IMG/VR virus record: IMGVR_UViG_2974784677_000001
DNA from: Thalassavirus gary
Taxonomy: Duplodnaviria; Heunggongvirae; Uroviricota; Caudoviricetes; Demerecviridae
DNA: 64,000 nt
Reading direction: 5' to 3' (one strand)
The notes beneath the pieces were generated by a model. That model did not search any database. It was not told the DNA's origin and worked only from the letters and a program-made list of their open reading frames with translations. Of the stretch, positions 44,063-53,520 are shown one piece after another. How positions within the stretch are numbered: position 1 is the first letter of the stretch; each line of letters opens with the position of its first letter. The position numbers and the translations under genes were made by a program.

Positions 44063-46627
44063 ATGACAAAAATAACAGTTGGTACTCCAGTTACAGCACC
44101 TCTTACACCAGGTCGTGATGACACCAATGTTTGGCCAACACATTTAGCCAAGTATGGTGCTGGTGGTTTAGAGGTAGTAGAGACTACCTCTGATAGAGAT
44201 GGTATTTCAGATGCTAGAAAAACAGATAAAGCTGTACTAGTACGTTCAGACGATGGAGGGCGAGCAGCCCTCTATGAATGGTCTTCAGGTGGTTGGAATA
44301 AAGTAGATATCGGCGATTTCTCTGGTATGACAATCTCAGATGGAACTAATGTCTTTAACGATATAGTAGAAATAAAATTAGCTAATATGACAGCTAATCA
44401 GTACCCTAACGACTCAATTGACTCTGTGACACTAACAGCAGAGGGATCTCTAGATTGGGCTACGATGGGTGATCCTTCCTCTGGTAGTAGGGCAACATCA
44501 GTATTAGTAGAGCCACCCCTACAAACATACCCAGACCCAGATAATACCGGGGTTACTCGTCTTAGAGTGAAGGAAGGTTCCTATGAGCCAATGAAAGCTC
44601 CAGGATACTTAGCTTACGTTGACTTCCCAGAAAAAGTCATCGGTAAGTTGGGCTACCATACTCTAGGTCACTACGATAGCGCTATTTGGCCTACTGATAC
44701 TGTAGTATCTGGTGGTGGGTTAATTCCTACTATTACGGACAAAAAGCACATTGGGCTACAAGAGTATGACGGTAAAGACCCTAATAAGACAGGTGGTACA
44801 GACTTTTTAGTAGCTTTCCGAGTCGCCTTTAAAGGGCATGCTGTAAACGCAGGTAAAATTAAAGCTTACCTAGCTAAACAACCTGCACCAGGTACATCTG
44901 ACTCTGCTGATTACCTAAGAGATGTAAACGGTGAGTTACTAGTTCGAGAAGTGAACTATAAAGCCGGAGATGAGTACGGTTATATAGAGGTACTTGGTAT
45001 TGTTAATGCCAAGGGTCTTACTAACATGTCTATGCATGTTGAGCACAACTTCAGTGATAGCTTACTTATTGAAGAGCGTGCTGTAGGACTGTCTGGTGTA
45101 ATGGTACAAGCACTAGAATCTAAGTCTAAAACCGGTGCTGCGTTAATGCAGTATGAAATAGATACTAAACAAAACATTGAGTTTAATAAGATCTATTACG
45201 GGGACAGTATTATGGATTTCAATTGGGAAGCTACTCATGGCCTACCAATGGAAGAAATCCAAGCCGGTATAGGGGCAAACCTGCCTGATGGTTTCCACTT
45301 TAAAAACCTGTCAAACATCCATATCGGTAGTAAAGATGACCACATCTATATACACGATGCTGGTACAGTGTGTGACTTCAGTCTAGGTAAGATCTTTAAT
45401 GCCTTCGATACTAGATCATTGCATGGTAAAGAAATCAACGTTAAAGCTACGATTATAGACAAAGATGCACCATTTACTATTGGTGTAGTTAAATGGACAG
45501 GAAAACCAGACCAATACACTAATAACATCTTCTCTAGCAGAAACAGTGCAACGGTTGTATTTGACGCTGGCTGGGAACTAGTAGGTTCGCTATTCTTCCC
45601 TTCAGAATCTGTAACAGGTGACCATACACTAACTAAGAAGTTTACAGTTCCTTCGGATGCTAATAACTTTGCAGTTATTATTTATCCTGGCGTGCCTAAC
45701 TCTCCGCTTACACTGAAGATTAAGGACTTTGATGTTGATGTAGTCAATCCTTTCTATGGCTACGAAATGTATGTAGCAGGAAAACTTAACGAGCTACACC
45801 TAGAAGAAGACACTGAGTTTGCACACTTCAGTCAAGCTAACGAGAACTATGTATCTCTACGCTATACAATAGGTAAGTCAGCAGATGGTGACCCAATGCC
45901 TGTTGGTGTTTTGAGAAAAGGTAAAGCTGATATTACTCTAGACCCATCAATCAATAAAATTGTTGGCTCAGCTGCTACTAGTGGTGAGGGTGGTCTTAAA
46001 TTCGGAAAAGATGGTAAAGCTATTGTTAATACCACTTTATGGATTCATTCAGAGCAACCTGAAAAGACTGCGTCAGACGTTACATTCTGGTATGAGTTAG
46101 TTAACTCTCACGGCATAGCTACTAAGATTATTCCATCAGAAACTACCTTTAAGGTTAGTGGTGACTCTTCAGGGGATTACTCAATGAAAGAGTTTTCACT
46201 TGATGTAATAACTGGCGATAGAATCGTTCTTAAAGCTTCTGCTGATAAGGATGATGGTGCATTTATTCAATCCAACTCACCAGCACACCCACTGGTTGAT
46301 ATTGAGATTAGAATTGATGAGTTAACCGCTTTTGCTAATGACGACCCATTTACAGGTGTAGAGCTAGATCAATTTGATAAAGTATACACCGGAGTACTTA
46401 CAGCTACTAAATATGTATCACATACTGACTCAGCTACCTTCCATATTGAGGTACCAGATGATATGAATGTGTCAGTGCTAGAAGCTATTAAGAAACTAGA
46501 TGATGGCACTGTAACAACAGTGAAAAGCCTAGACTGGTCTTACAACTTGAAATCACAAATGCTAACAGTATATTTTGGTGAAGTTGTAGAGGAATGTGCT
46601 ATTACTCTAGGTATTTATACAGCATAA
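44063..46627 (+). CDS. tail fibre / candidate receptor-binding protein
   Basis: 854 aa, Gly/Thr/Asp-rich, RBS AAGGAGTGAGTAAATATG; followed by small secreted proteins and a lipoprotein. Confidence 0.5.
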   Translation: MTKITVGTPVTAPLTPGRDDTNVWPTHLAKYGAGGLEVVETTSDRDGISDARKTDKAVLVRSDDGGRAALYEWSSGGWNKVDIGDFSGMTISDGTNVFNDIVEIKLANMTANQYPNDSIDSVTLTAEGSLDWATMGDPSSGSRATSVLVEPPLQTYPDPDNTGVTRLRVKEGSYEPMKAPGYLAYVDFPEKVIGKLGYHTLGHYDSAIWPTDTVVSGGGLIPTITDKKHIGLQEYDGKDPNKTGGTDFLVAFRVAFKGHAVNAGKIKAYLAKQPAPGTSDSADYLRDVNGELLVREVNYKAGDEYGYIEVLGIVNAKGLTNMSMHVEHNFSDSLLIEERAVGLSGVMVQALESKSKTGAALMQYEIDTKQNIEFNKIYYGDSIMDFNWEATHGLPMEEIQAGIGANLPDGFHFKNLSNIHIGSKDDHIYIHDAGTVCDFSLGKIFNAFDTRSLHGKEINVKATIIDKDAPFTIGVVKWTGKPDQYTNNIFSSRNSATVVFDAGWELVGSLFFPSESVTGDHTLTKKFTVPSDANNFAVIIYPGVPNSPLTLKIKDFDVDVVNPFYGYEMYVAGKLNELHLEEDTEFAHFSQANENYVSLRYTIGKSADGDPMPVGVLRKGKADITLDPSINKIVGSAATSGEGGLKFGKDGKAIVNTTLWIHSEQPEKTASDVTFWYELVNSHGIATKIIPSETTFKVSGDSSGDYSMKEFSLDVITGDRIVLKASADKDDGAFIQSNSPAHPLVDIEIRIDELTAFANDDPFTGVELDQFDKVYTGVLTATKYVSHTDSATFHIEVPDDMNVSVLEAIKKLDDGTVTTVKSLDWSYNLKSQMLTVYFGEVVEECAITLGIYTA

Positions 46628-46675
46628 TATAGGGGCGTGATAGCCCCTATAAAAGAGGGGTGAAAGCCCCTATTA
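46628..46675 (+). terminator. tandem hairpin terminators after the fibre gene
   Basis: TATAGGGGCGTGATAGCCCCTATA and AGGGGTGAAAGCCCCT. Confidence 0.5.
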
Positions 46676-46687
46676 TAGGTAAAAACT

Positions 46688-47158
46688 ATGAATAAACTAA
46701 AACTACTAACGTTAGCAGTACTAACATCAGTAGGTATGAGCGGAGCAGCTTTAGCAAATACAATTAATGCTGATTTCTCTACAAACCTACAAAGTTACTG
46801 TACTATTGGTCAAACCTCCCCAGGTATTATGCACCTAGATGGTACAGCCCTTACTACAGATACCCCTGCACAACTCGTTGTAAATAACAACGATGCTGGT
46901 ATTTATCAAGTAAGTATCAATGCTCCTGCTGACTTTACAAATAAACCAAATAGCTATGCAGGTACTACATCGTTTACGTCAGCATTTGGTCTACAGGGGC
47001 AAAACCCTACAGACAACCCTGTTGCTAATGGTGCAACTCATGCGCTAGCTAACAGTGGTACTGATAATATGAGTGTATCTCTATTTGGTACTTCTACAAC
47101 TGACTTTACGGCAGGTAACTACTCGGCGGTAGTTGTAGCATCATGCGTAGCTCAGTAA
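46688..47158 (+). CDS. secreted protein (signal peptide)
   Basis: MNKLKLLTLAVLTSVGMSGAALA signal, 156 aa. Confidence 0.45.
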   Translation: MNKLKLLTLAVLTSVGMSGAALANTINADFSTNLQSYCTIGQTSPGIMHLDGTALTTDTPAQLVVNNNDAGIYQVSINAPADFTNKPNSYAGTTSFTSAFGLQGQNPTDNPVANGATHALANSGTDNMSVSLFGTSTTDFTAGNYSAVVVASCVAQ

Positions 47159-47550
47159 TACTATTAAGCCTATTAATCTCAGGGTGGGCAAATGCGCTCA
47201 CCCTGTCACCAATGTATAAAGATGACTTGGTGTACCAGGATTTATATATGGCTAAGTTTAAACTAGAGAATAATGGAGCAGATCTACAAGAGTACGATGT
47301 ATCATTGCATAAAGAATCCCCAGAAGGTGAAATACTATATACTTCAGAGGATGTACTAGGTGGTGATGGGTATAAATCTTTAAGTGTTCCTATTTACGAT
47401 ATAAAACCAGATAAGTTACAAAAGTATTATATATGTGTAACGGAAAAGCCTAAGGAGAACCAAAAATGGGGTGTAGTTGGAAGAGCTTGTGCAAAAGTGC
47501 GATTATATTGGCCACAATCACAGCTACGTCAGTTAGCGCAGCAGGATTAA
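47143..47550 (+). CDS. secreted/periplasmic small protein
   Basis: N-terminal hydrophobic signal SVILLSLLISGWANA. Confidence 0.4.
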   Translation: MRSSVILLSLLISGWANALTLSPMYKDDLVYQDLYMAKFKLENNGADLQEYDVSLHKESPEGEILYTSEDVLGGDGYKSLSVPIYDIKPDKLQKYYICVTEKPKENQKWGVVGRACAKVRLYWPQSQLRQLAQQD

Positions 47551-47843
47551 TTCCTAGCCCAGAGCTACCTTACGGTAATGATTCAATACGTACACCGGAT
47601 GGTTTCCAATGTTCTAGTGCCATAGCTCCCTCTGCTTACATGGATGCTGGTGTGTACCAAGAAGATGATAATAGTAAGTATGGGGACCCTGATAGGGGTG
47701 TGTACGTACGAATAATGGTACCATTATACAGTGGTACTAAGAGGCTTGATTGTAGTCAGCTTTACAAACAAGCATTAAAGGAGAGGCAGCGTGAGCAAGC
47801 TCTCAGCAATATTAAAGACAACGTGTTTAAGTCTAATAATTAG
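47466..47843 (+). CDS. secreted small protein (overlaps upstream ORF; start may be internal)
   Basis: signal-like AIILATITATSVSAAG. Confidence 0.3.
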   Translation: MGCSWKSLCKSAIILATITATSVSAAGLIPSPELPYGNDSIRTPDGFQCSSAIAPSAYMDAGVYQEDDNSKYGDPDRGVYVRIMVPLYSGTKRLDCSQLYKQALKERQREQALSNIKDNVFKSNN

Positions 47844-47994
47844 TGGCTGTACATTTAACTTTACTATAGACACAGATTATGCATCACAAAGAGATCATGG
47901 TGGACCAATTGAAGAAGAAGTCACAACTCATAACAAAACTGAGACAGATCCTAATGTCGACGCGAACATAGAAGTTCCTGGAGCAGCCCTATGA
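47791..47994 (+). CDS. small lipoprotein, candidate receptor-blocking/superinfection-exclusion lipoprotein (T5 Llp-like by context)
   Basis: lipobox LIISGC at residues 14-19, 67 aa, downstream of the putative receptor-binding gene. Confidence 0.4.
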   Translation: MSKLSAILKTTCLSLIISGCTFNFTIDTDYASQRDHGGPIEEEVTTHNKTETDPNVDANIEVPGAAL

Positions 47995-48200
47995 GATTAT
48001 CCCCAGATGTGGAAAGAATCCTAGAGGCTATTAACACTATAAAAGGTGGAGCAAGTATTGTTCCGGAAGACATAGACTCTGCAGTTAGTCACGTACTATC
48101 AGGCTTACCTAAAAATGCTCGAATGGAGTGTATAGGCATGAGACCAGAACAGAAACGTGCATTTTTACTTGGGTATGCAGCATGTATGCGCTTTCAATAA
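47991..48200 (+). CDS. hypothetical protein
   Basis: 69-aa ORF, ATGA coupling. Confidence 0.3.
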   Translation: MRLSPDVERILEAINTIKGGASIVPEDIDSAVSHVLSGLPKNARMECIGMRPEQKRAFLLGYAACMRFQ

Positions 48201-48288
48201 TATCAGCTGCAGCATGTACTAGTTATATACTAGATTGGAGTATACCAAAATCATTAGCAGTATTATTTATTACTCTATTAATTATATA

Positions 48289-48318
48289 AGCCGAGGTTAA
48301 AAGCCTCGGCTTTTTATT
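48289..48318 (+). terminator. strong rho-independent terminator
   Basis: AAGCCGAGGTTAAAAGCCTCGGCTT + TTTATTTG. Confidence 0.7.
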
Positions 48319-48424
48319 TGTTACATGTCCATAACACTTCTCCCCACAAGTTCTTAACATCTCTATTAATTGTCTTGAAATTGAGACATTTATATTATAT
48401 ACTAACAATTGGAGGTGTTTATTT

Positions 48425-49096
48425 ATGAACAAAATGAATCTTTTAGCCTCTCTATATGCTTTATTGCAGGATATAAAAGATCCAAAAACTCTGTTAATGA
48501 GAGTAATTTCTATTTTTATTCTCTTGGTTAGCTATCTAATAGTAACCAATCAGAGCACCTTCTTTGACTTTGCAAAAAACTTTTCTAGGACTACCGTTGT
48601 AGAGCAAGTACAGGCTGAAAGAGTAGCGCAATATCCTAGGGTTGCCAAGGAGAAAGCTTCAATGCTATACGTGCAAGCTAACTCTGATGCTGTATTTATC
48701 GCAGAATATACACCTAAGTTTATTAATAACTATCAGGATATTATAGCTTGGGAAGGTAGAATAAACGTAGATCCGTCTAAACTAAGAAAAGCAGTTATTG
48801 ATAAATCAAGCACCACTTACCAAAATCATTTGGTTGGTCGCAATGAGGTAGTAACCTTTGAAAATAACTCACCAATACGTGGGGCATTTGTAACTAATGG
48901 ACTAGAGTATGAATCTCTAGGAATAAAATATATGTACACTTGTCCTATATTCAACCAGGCTAATAGCTACTCTGGTTATATTGGTATAGCATGGGCGGAT
49001 AAACCGTTTGAAGATAAAAACGAAAAGGCTCTATTGGAAGCATACCTAGAAAGAGTATGTAATCCACAAGCAAGGGCACTGGGGAGATCTAAGTAA
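48425..49096 (+). CDS. holin-like membrane protein (single N-terminal TM, about 220 aa, directly upstream of endolysin)
   Basis: TM helix VISIFILLVSYLIVT; gene order and size as for the T5-type holin-endolysin pair. Confidence 0.4.
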   Translation: MNKMNLLASLYALLQDIKDPKTLLMRVISIFILLVSYLIVTNQSTFFDFAKNFSRTTVVEQVQAERVAQYPRVAKEKASMLYVQANSDAVFIAEYTPKFINNYQDIIAWEGRINVDPSKLRKAVIDKSSTTYQNHLVGRNEVVTFENNSPIRGAFVTNGLEYESLGIKYMYTCPIFNQANSYSGYIGIAWADKPFEDKNEKALLEAYLERVCNPQARALGRSK

Positions 49097-49097
49097 T

Positions 49098-49487
49098 ATG
49101 GGTTGGTCATTACCTTTCGGAAAACTATGGACTGGATTCAGTCGTAAAGAGTTTGCATGTAAATGTGGTTGTGGTTACGATACTGTAGACGCTGAATTAC
49201 TAGCTGTACTCAAGAAGTTGAAAAAACACTTTAAGAATAAAGCGGTATTTATTGATAGTGGTTGCAGGTGTGTACAACATAACAAGAAAATCGGGGGTAC
49301 TCCTAAGTCTAGTCATTTATCTGGTAGGGCAGCAGATATTAGAGTAGCTGGGGTATTTCCAGATATGGTAGCGGAGTATTTATTGGAAACATATCCCGAT
49401 AAATATGGTATTGGACGATACCGATCATTTACGCATATTGATACTAGAAAAGGAAAAGCACGTTGGGATAACCGTGCTAAACTGTAA
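49098..49487 (+). CDS. endolysin, peptidase M15 (L-alanyl-D-glutamate peptidase family)
   Basis: Zn-ligand motifs H..(6)..D: SSHLSGRAADI and C-terminal FTHIDTR. Confidence 0.65.
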   Translation: MGWSLPFGKLWTGFSRKEFACKCGCGYDTVDAELLAVLKKLKKHFKNKAVFIDSGCRCVQHNKKIGGTPKSSHLSGRAADIRVAGVFPDMVAEYLLETYPDKYGIGRYRSFTHIDTRKGKARWDNRAKL

Positions 49488-49490
49488 TCT

Positions 49491-49522
49491 ATGGGAGCTT
49501 CGGCTCCCATTTTTTATTTTTT
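49491..49522 (+). terminator. rho-independent terminator
   Basis: ATGGGAGCTTCGGCTCCCAT + TTTTTATTTTTT. Confidence 0.7.
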
Positions 49523-49525
49523 GAA

Positions 49526-49554
49526 TTGTCAACTTACAAAAATTTTCATATAAT
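49526..49554 (+). promoter_or_regulatory. promoter TTGTCA-17-TATAAT
   Basis: hexamers and spacing; leader AAGAAATTAAGGAGAGCTTATG. Confidence 0.5.
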
Positions 49555-49578
49555 ATATAAAGAAATTAAGGAGAGCTT

Positions 49579-50040
49579 ATGAAGATTGAAAAATTAGAAC
49601 ATCTACTGGCAACAGCAGAACAATGGGCAAAAGACCTACATTACGGACAAACCTACGCTTTTGGTGATGATTACTTTGAGGCTCACATCAAAGAAGTAGA
49701 GAAGACGGTAATTGAACTTACTCGTAGCGATTCGTATACACGAACAGATCGTTACCTAGCACGAATTGTAGCACTCCTGCATGATGCTGTGGAAGATACA
49801 GATTGCACTATCGCAGAGATTCAACGCACATTTGGTACTCGTATTGCACAGTGTGTAATGAACCTAACCAAAGTAGATAAAGAGTCTTGGGAATCGCAAT
49901 GGTCTAGAGCTACACGTGACCCTATCTCTCTGGTAGGTAAGAAAGCAGACATAATGGTTAACCTTCGAGTTTCTTTAGCAAACAACCGTGTAAACCTAAT
50001 TGAAAAATACACAACAGGCTTACGTTATTTATCTCTTTAA
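49579..50040 (+). CDS. HD-domain hydrolase, SpoT/Mesh1-like small alarmone hydrolase candidate
   Basis: H..(about 30)..ALLHDAVEDT motif, 153 aa. Confidence 0.5.
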   Translation: MKIEKLEHLLATAEQWAKDLHYGQTYAFGDDYFEAHIKEVEKTVIELTRSDSYTRTDRYLARIVALLHDAVEDTDCTIAEIQRTFGTRIAQCVMNLTKVDKESWESQWSRATRDPISLVGKKADIMVNLRVSLANNRVNLIEKYTTGLRYLSL

Positions 50041-50069
50041 TTGCTAAACATCGTTAAATAACGTATAAT
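50041..50069 (+). promoter_or_regulatory. early promoter TTGCTA-17-TATAAT with conserved leader
   Basis: AGTTACATAAAGTTGAGAAATGGAGATTGTCTTG. Confidence 0.6.
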
Positions 50070-50088
50070 AGTTACATAAAGTTGAGAA

Positions 50089-51141
50089 ATGGAGATTGTC
50101 TTGAACATTTTCGTATTAGACCTAGACCCCAAGCTAGCAGCACAGTATCACTGTGATAAGCACATTATTTCTCAAATGAAAGAAAGTGTACAGATGTTAT
50201 GTACGGCTATGATTCATTGGGGCAATAAACCACCACTTAATAAATCTGGTGAGCCATATAAGAAAGCTCACGAAAACCATCCGTGTACTAAATGGGTACG
50301 CGACGGTATTGACAACTATCAATGGTTATGGGATTTGACTTATGCGCTTGTCGAAGAAGCTGAGTATCGTTTTGGTAATACATACCATATTGCAAGTATT
50401 ATACGTGATGGCTCACTACCTCGCTTACCAGAGCAGCACCCCACACCCCGTACTCGCACACCTTTCGCTAATGCTACAGCAGATTGGCTTAAGTCTAGTG
50501 ACAATTGGGAGAATAAGTCGTCTTTCGTGACGCTTAACGCTGTTGATATTTATCGTCTTTACTACATTGTAGATAAGATGCACATGACAGCAGTTGATAT
50601 GGGTGAGCAAAACCTACACTGGCAATCTAAGCATACTCTAGGTGAAGAGTTCACTGAGTATTCTATTTGGACTAAACGTGGAGCACCAGAATTTATGAGT
50701 GATCGTTTCTATGCACAGCAATGTGAATACTTTGGTATCAAACCAGCACAACTTATTCATATGGGTCGTTACCCAGACTCAGATGAAGCCAAAAAGCTTA
50801 AAGCTAAGATGTATCGTAAGCTTGGCAAAAAGTCTACAGGTACAGTGGCTAACGCTAAAGCTAAGAAAACAACCAAAGCAGATGTGCTAGTAGACGTTCG
50901 TGAGCTTATGGGTCACGAGGGTATGGATTGCCTACTTAAACTAACGCTACCTGACTTACAGAAACTTAAGTTAGCACTTGTTGCTATGCACGAGAACCAA
51001 GTAGAATGTCCAGATATGCCAACTGGTCGTACGAAAGCGCCATTTATTACAGCGTTAAATACGTTTTTCAATAGCGATATTGACTTCGCTAAAATGACTA
51101 TCGCAGGTCTTAAAGAAGTTCTTGAGCACTTCGGTGCTTAA
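50089..51141 (+). CDS. hypothetical protein; N-terminus weakly resembles pyrimidine-dimer DNA glycosylase (DenV family). The start may be the TTG at about 50101.
   Basis: NIFVLDLDPKLAAQYHCDKHI versus DenV [20 protein letters not shown] pattern; the ATG at 50089 lies inside the conserved leader (C to T change). Confidence 0.3.
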   Translation: MEIVLNIFVLDLDPKLAAQYHCDKHIISQMKESVQMLCTAMIHWGNKPPLNKSGEPYKKAHENHPCTKWVRDGIDNYQWLWDLTYALVEEAEYRFGNTYHIASIIRDGSLPRLPEQHPTPRTRTPFANATADWLKSSDNWENKSSFVTLNAVDIYRLYYIVDKMHMTAVDMGEQNLHWQSKHTLGEEFTEYSIWTKRGAPEFMSDRFYAQQCEYFGIKPAQLIHMGRYPDSDEAKKLKAKMYRKLGKKSTGTVANAKAKKTTKADVLVDVRELMGHEGMDCLLKLTLPDLQKLKLALVAMHENQVECPDMPTGRTKAPFITALNTFFNSDIDFAKMTIAGLKEVLEHFGA

Positions 51142-51156
51142 TAAACAAAACTTGAT

Positions 51157-51185
51157 TTGCTTAAACATCAAAATTTTTATATAAT
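51157..51185 (+). promoter_or_regulatory. early promoter TTGCTT-17-TATAAT
   Basis: AACTTGATTTGCTTAAACATCAAAATTTTTATATAAT. Confidence 0.6.
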
Positions 51186-51212
51186 ATACGCATAGTTTGA
51201 AAGGAGATTAGC

Positions 51213-51518
51213 ATGGCTAAAGAAGAATTTGAAAAACCAGCAAATGACTACGATAAACCTGAGCTTGTGTACGCAGTTACTTTACTGCTTAACCTACACG
51301 ACATGCCTCAAGAAGTAAACAAGCTTTCTAAAAAGGCTCTATGGCGTATTTATGATGCGTTCCAAGAACGTGGTAATGCATTTGCAAACATCGAAGACGA
51401 CCTTCGAAAAGCAGAACGAGAACGTAACGAATGGCAAACTCGTGCAGTAGTTGCAGAGCGTAAAGTTAAGAAAATGGAAGGAGCACGACATGGTAAGCGT
51501 ACCAAGCCACGTAAATAA
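51213..51518 (+). CDS. hypothetical protein
   Basis: 101-aa ORF with RBS AAGGAGATTAGCATG. Confidence 0.45.
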   Translation: MAKEEFEKPANDYDKPELVYAVTLLLNLHDMPQEVNKLSKKALWRIYDAFQERGNAFANIEDDLRKAERERNEWQTRAVVAERKVKKMEGARHGKRTKPRK

Positions 51519-51690
51519 CACTCTACCACCAGTAGACTTATTTATCTATGTTAAGGTAGAGGGCGAGTTCAAGCGTGTAAAACGTAAGACTTGGGCTACG
51601 TCTAATCATCCAAACCATATTGAAGTCTTCGATGAAGAAGACAACTCTTACCTAGTTAAGATGGAGAAAGTACAATGGTTCTATCCTTAG
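51451..51690 (+). CDS. hypothetical protein (start probably internal, about 51492)
   Basis: 79-aa ORF overlapping upstream gene. Confidence 0.3.
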   Translation: MQSVKLRKWKEHDMVSVPSHVNNTLPPVDLFIYVKVEGEFKRVKRKTWATSNHPNHIEVFDEEDNSYLVKMEKVQWFYP

Positions 51691-51868
51691 AGACAACTTT
51701 ACTAGTAGTTGGTACAGTAGCTACTGTAGCCAACACGCTAACTAACGGTTTTACAGCAGACTTATATAATAGTGTGTGTATCTTATTCGCTATCTGGGAT
51801 ATGAACAGATGGCTAGACGAAGGTTGGACTACTTCTAGCCTACGTAAATACTTCTTTGGAGACAAGTA

Positions 51869-52240
51869 GTGTCAACAGAATTAAAGGACTTTTTAGTAGA
51901 AAAGATTCTACCTCAATACTGCGAGGAGACTAATTCGTTCTCCCCGCAAATTCAAGAAGAATATCTAACCAAGGAAGGTTGGCTAGATAAAACTTACATA
52001 TGTAAAAGCTTAAAGCTGCATATGTCAACTGCTACTTTTCGTAAGGTAGTAAAACATGTATTTGATGAAGCACAATTCATCCAGATGCCGACGGAAACCG
52101 AACTAACAAAAGAAGAGTTCCTAGAACATTATGAGTTCGAGAAATTCCCATTCGGTCGTGGTTGGATTGGCTACATGTACGGACTAACTGGTAAGGTGGT
52201 TAAACGTGAAGATGTATTTAAGTGGGTTTGCAGTATTTAG
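51869..52240 (+). CDS. hypothetical protein
   Basis: 123-aa ORF. Confidence 0.35.
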   Translation: MSTELKDFLVEKILPQYCEETNSFSPQIQEEYLTKEGWLDKTYICKSLKLHMSTATFRKVVKHVFDEAQFIQMPTETELTKEEFLEHYEFEKFPFGRGWIGYMYGLTGKVVKREDVFKWVCSI

Positions 52241-52457
52241 CCTATGTGTATCTAGTTTCTTTGCAGGAGCTTATGTACAACGCTTACGACTAGAGGCGGA
52301 GAAGCCCACATTCCCATTACGGGCAATTCAAGCGACGTGTACAAAAACAAACGACTGCACAATTTTTCTATACCAGAACAAACCAGAGATTCAATCCGTA
52401 GCTTCGGGTAAAGATCAAACGCCTATAAAGGCAAAAACGGTAATAGTGAGAAACTAA
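52206..52457 (+). CDS. small secreted/membrane protein
   Basis: N-terminal hydrophobic segment LSGFAVFSLCVSSFFAGA. Confidence 0.3.
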   Translation: MKMYLSGFAVFSLCVSSFFAGAYVQRLRLEAEKPTFPLRAIQATCTKTNDCTIFLYQNKPEIQSVASGKDQTPIKAKTVIVRN

Positions 52458-52458
52458 T

Positions 52459-52782
52459 ATGAAGATGATAGTACCGCAAGACCAAATTGATACTCTAATG
52501 ACTAGAGAAGATTTCATCAAGCGAGTAGAAGAGTGTGTTAACTCTGAAAACCTCCGCCTAGTTGGAATCACTCTATTCAACATCACCAATATCAATGCAA
52601 AAGCAGGTTCACATATCTTGCAAGCACTAGCGTTGCTAAAACCTATTGCACTCGAAAATCCTGAGCTTGCTGCAAAAATCAACAGAGAGCTAGTAGCTGC
52701 TTCCGATACTTTGAAACAGCTTACTCAGCATTTCGAAATCGAAAAAGCAATGGGGGAGAAGCTCCATGAAACACAACATTAA
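52459..52782 (+). CDS. hypothetical protein
   Basis: 107-aa ORF. Confidence 0.35.
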   Translation: MKMIVPQDQIDTLMTREDFIKRVEECVNSENLRLVGITLFNITNINAKAGSHILQALALLKPIALENPELAAKINRELVAASDTLKQLTQHFEIEKAMGEKLHETQH

Positions 52783-52981
52783 CCTAGTTGAAATTAATAA
52801 GTTTCTGGACACTACCCATGAAAAGAACCTAGAAAGGCTACGTGCTAAGTTAGCTAAAGGTGAGTGGCATTGGTTATTCCCAGATAATTGGGTTAACGAT
52901 GCCACCAATCGTAACGTACTATTCCACGCTATCAACGCTAAACTAATGCCCAAGCCTAAGTTCTTCGGGAGCGCCAGTTAA
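52766..52981 (+). CDS. hypothetical protein
   Basis: 71-aa ORF. Confidence 0.3.
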   Translation: MKHNINLVEINKFLDTTHEKNLERLRAKLAKGEWHWLFPDNWVNDATNRNVLFHAINAKLMPKPKFFGSAS

Positions 52982-53144
52982 AAATGAGTTGGATAGGCAT
53001 AACAGCCCTGGTGTCGCTATTTGTAGTCTTTGCGGCACTTATTAGCGCGTATAGCAGAGGGTATGCGGTAGGCTACAAGGATGGTGAGGAATCAGGGCAA
53101 GTATTAAGTTCACTGGAGTCTCTCAAGCCAGTGGAGGAGAAAAA

Positions 53145-53459
53145 ATGAAAGGCTCAATGAAACTTAAATTCGACCTAGGTTGGGTTTTCTCGGTAACACT
53201 TGCAGTAGGTGTGGTTATGTTTGGTGCTGCTAGAATTAGTCTGGCAATGGAAGCGCAGGAACGTCTAGCCACCTCGTGTCAATTGTTCGAAGAAAGTTTG
53301 TATGATGCTCTAGAGAAAGATCCAGGTGAGAAGCGTGGTATAATAACCGCACGTTGTATTAATGAGTATAAAAAGCCTACTTTGGCAATAGCTCTAGATA
53401 CAGATAAGTGGTCTTACCAAGAAATTTACGCTAAAGCGGTAAGAACTTTAAAGATGTAA
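53145..53459 (+). CDS. small membrane-anchored protein
   Basis: TM helix LGWVFSVTLAVGVVMFGAA. Confidence 0.35.
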   Translation: MKGSMKLKFDLGWVFSVTLAVGVVMFGAARISLAMEAQERLATSCQLFEESLYDALEKDPGEKRGIITARCINEYKKPTLAIALDTDKWSYQEIYAKAVRTLKM

Positions 53460-53488
53460 TTGCTAAACAACCTGAAATTCTCTATAAT
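53460..53488 (+). promoter_or_regulatory. early promoter TTGCTA-17-TATAAT
   Basis: leader ACATAAATTAAAGAGAAGGAAGATTAAAATG. Confidence 0.6.
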
Positions 53489-53520
53489 ATATACATAAAT
53501 TAAAGAGAAGGAAGATTAAA

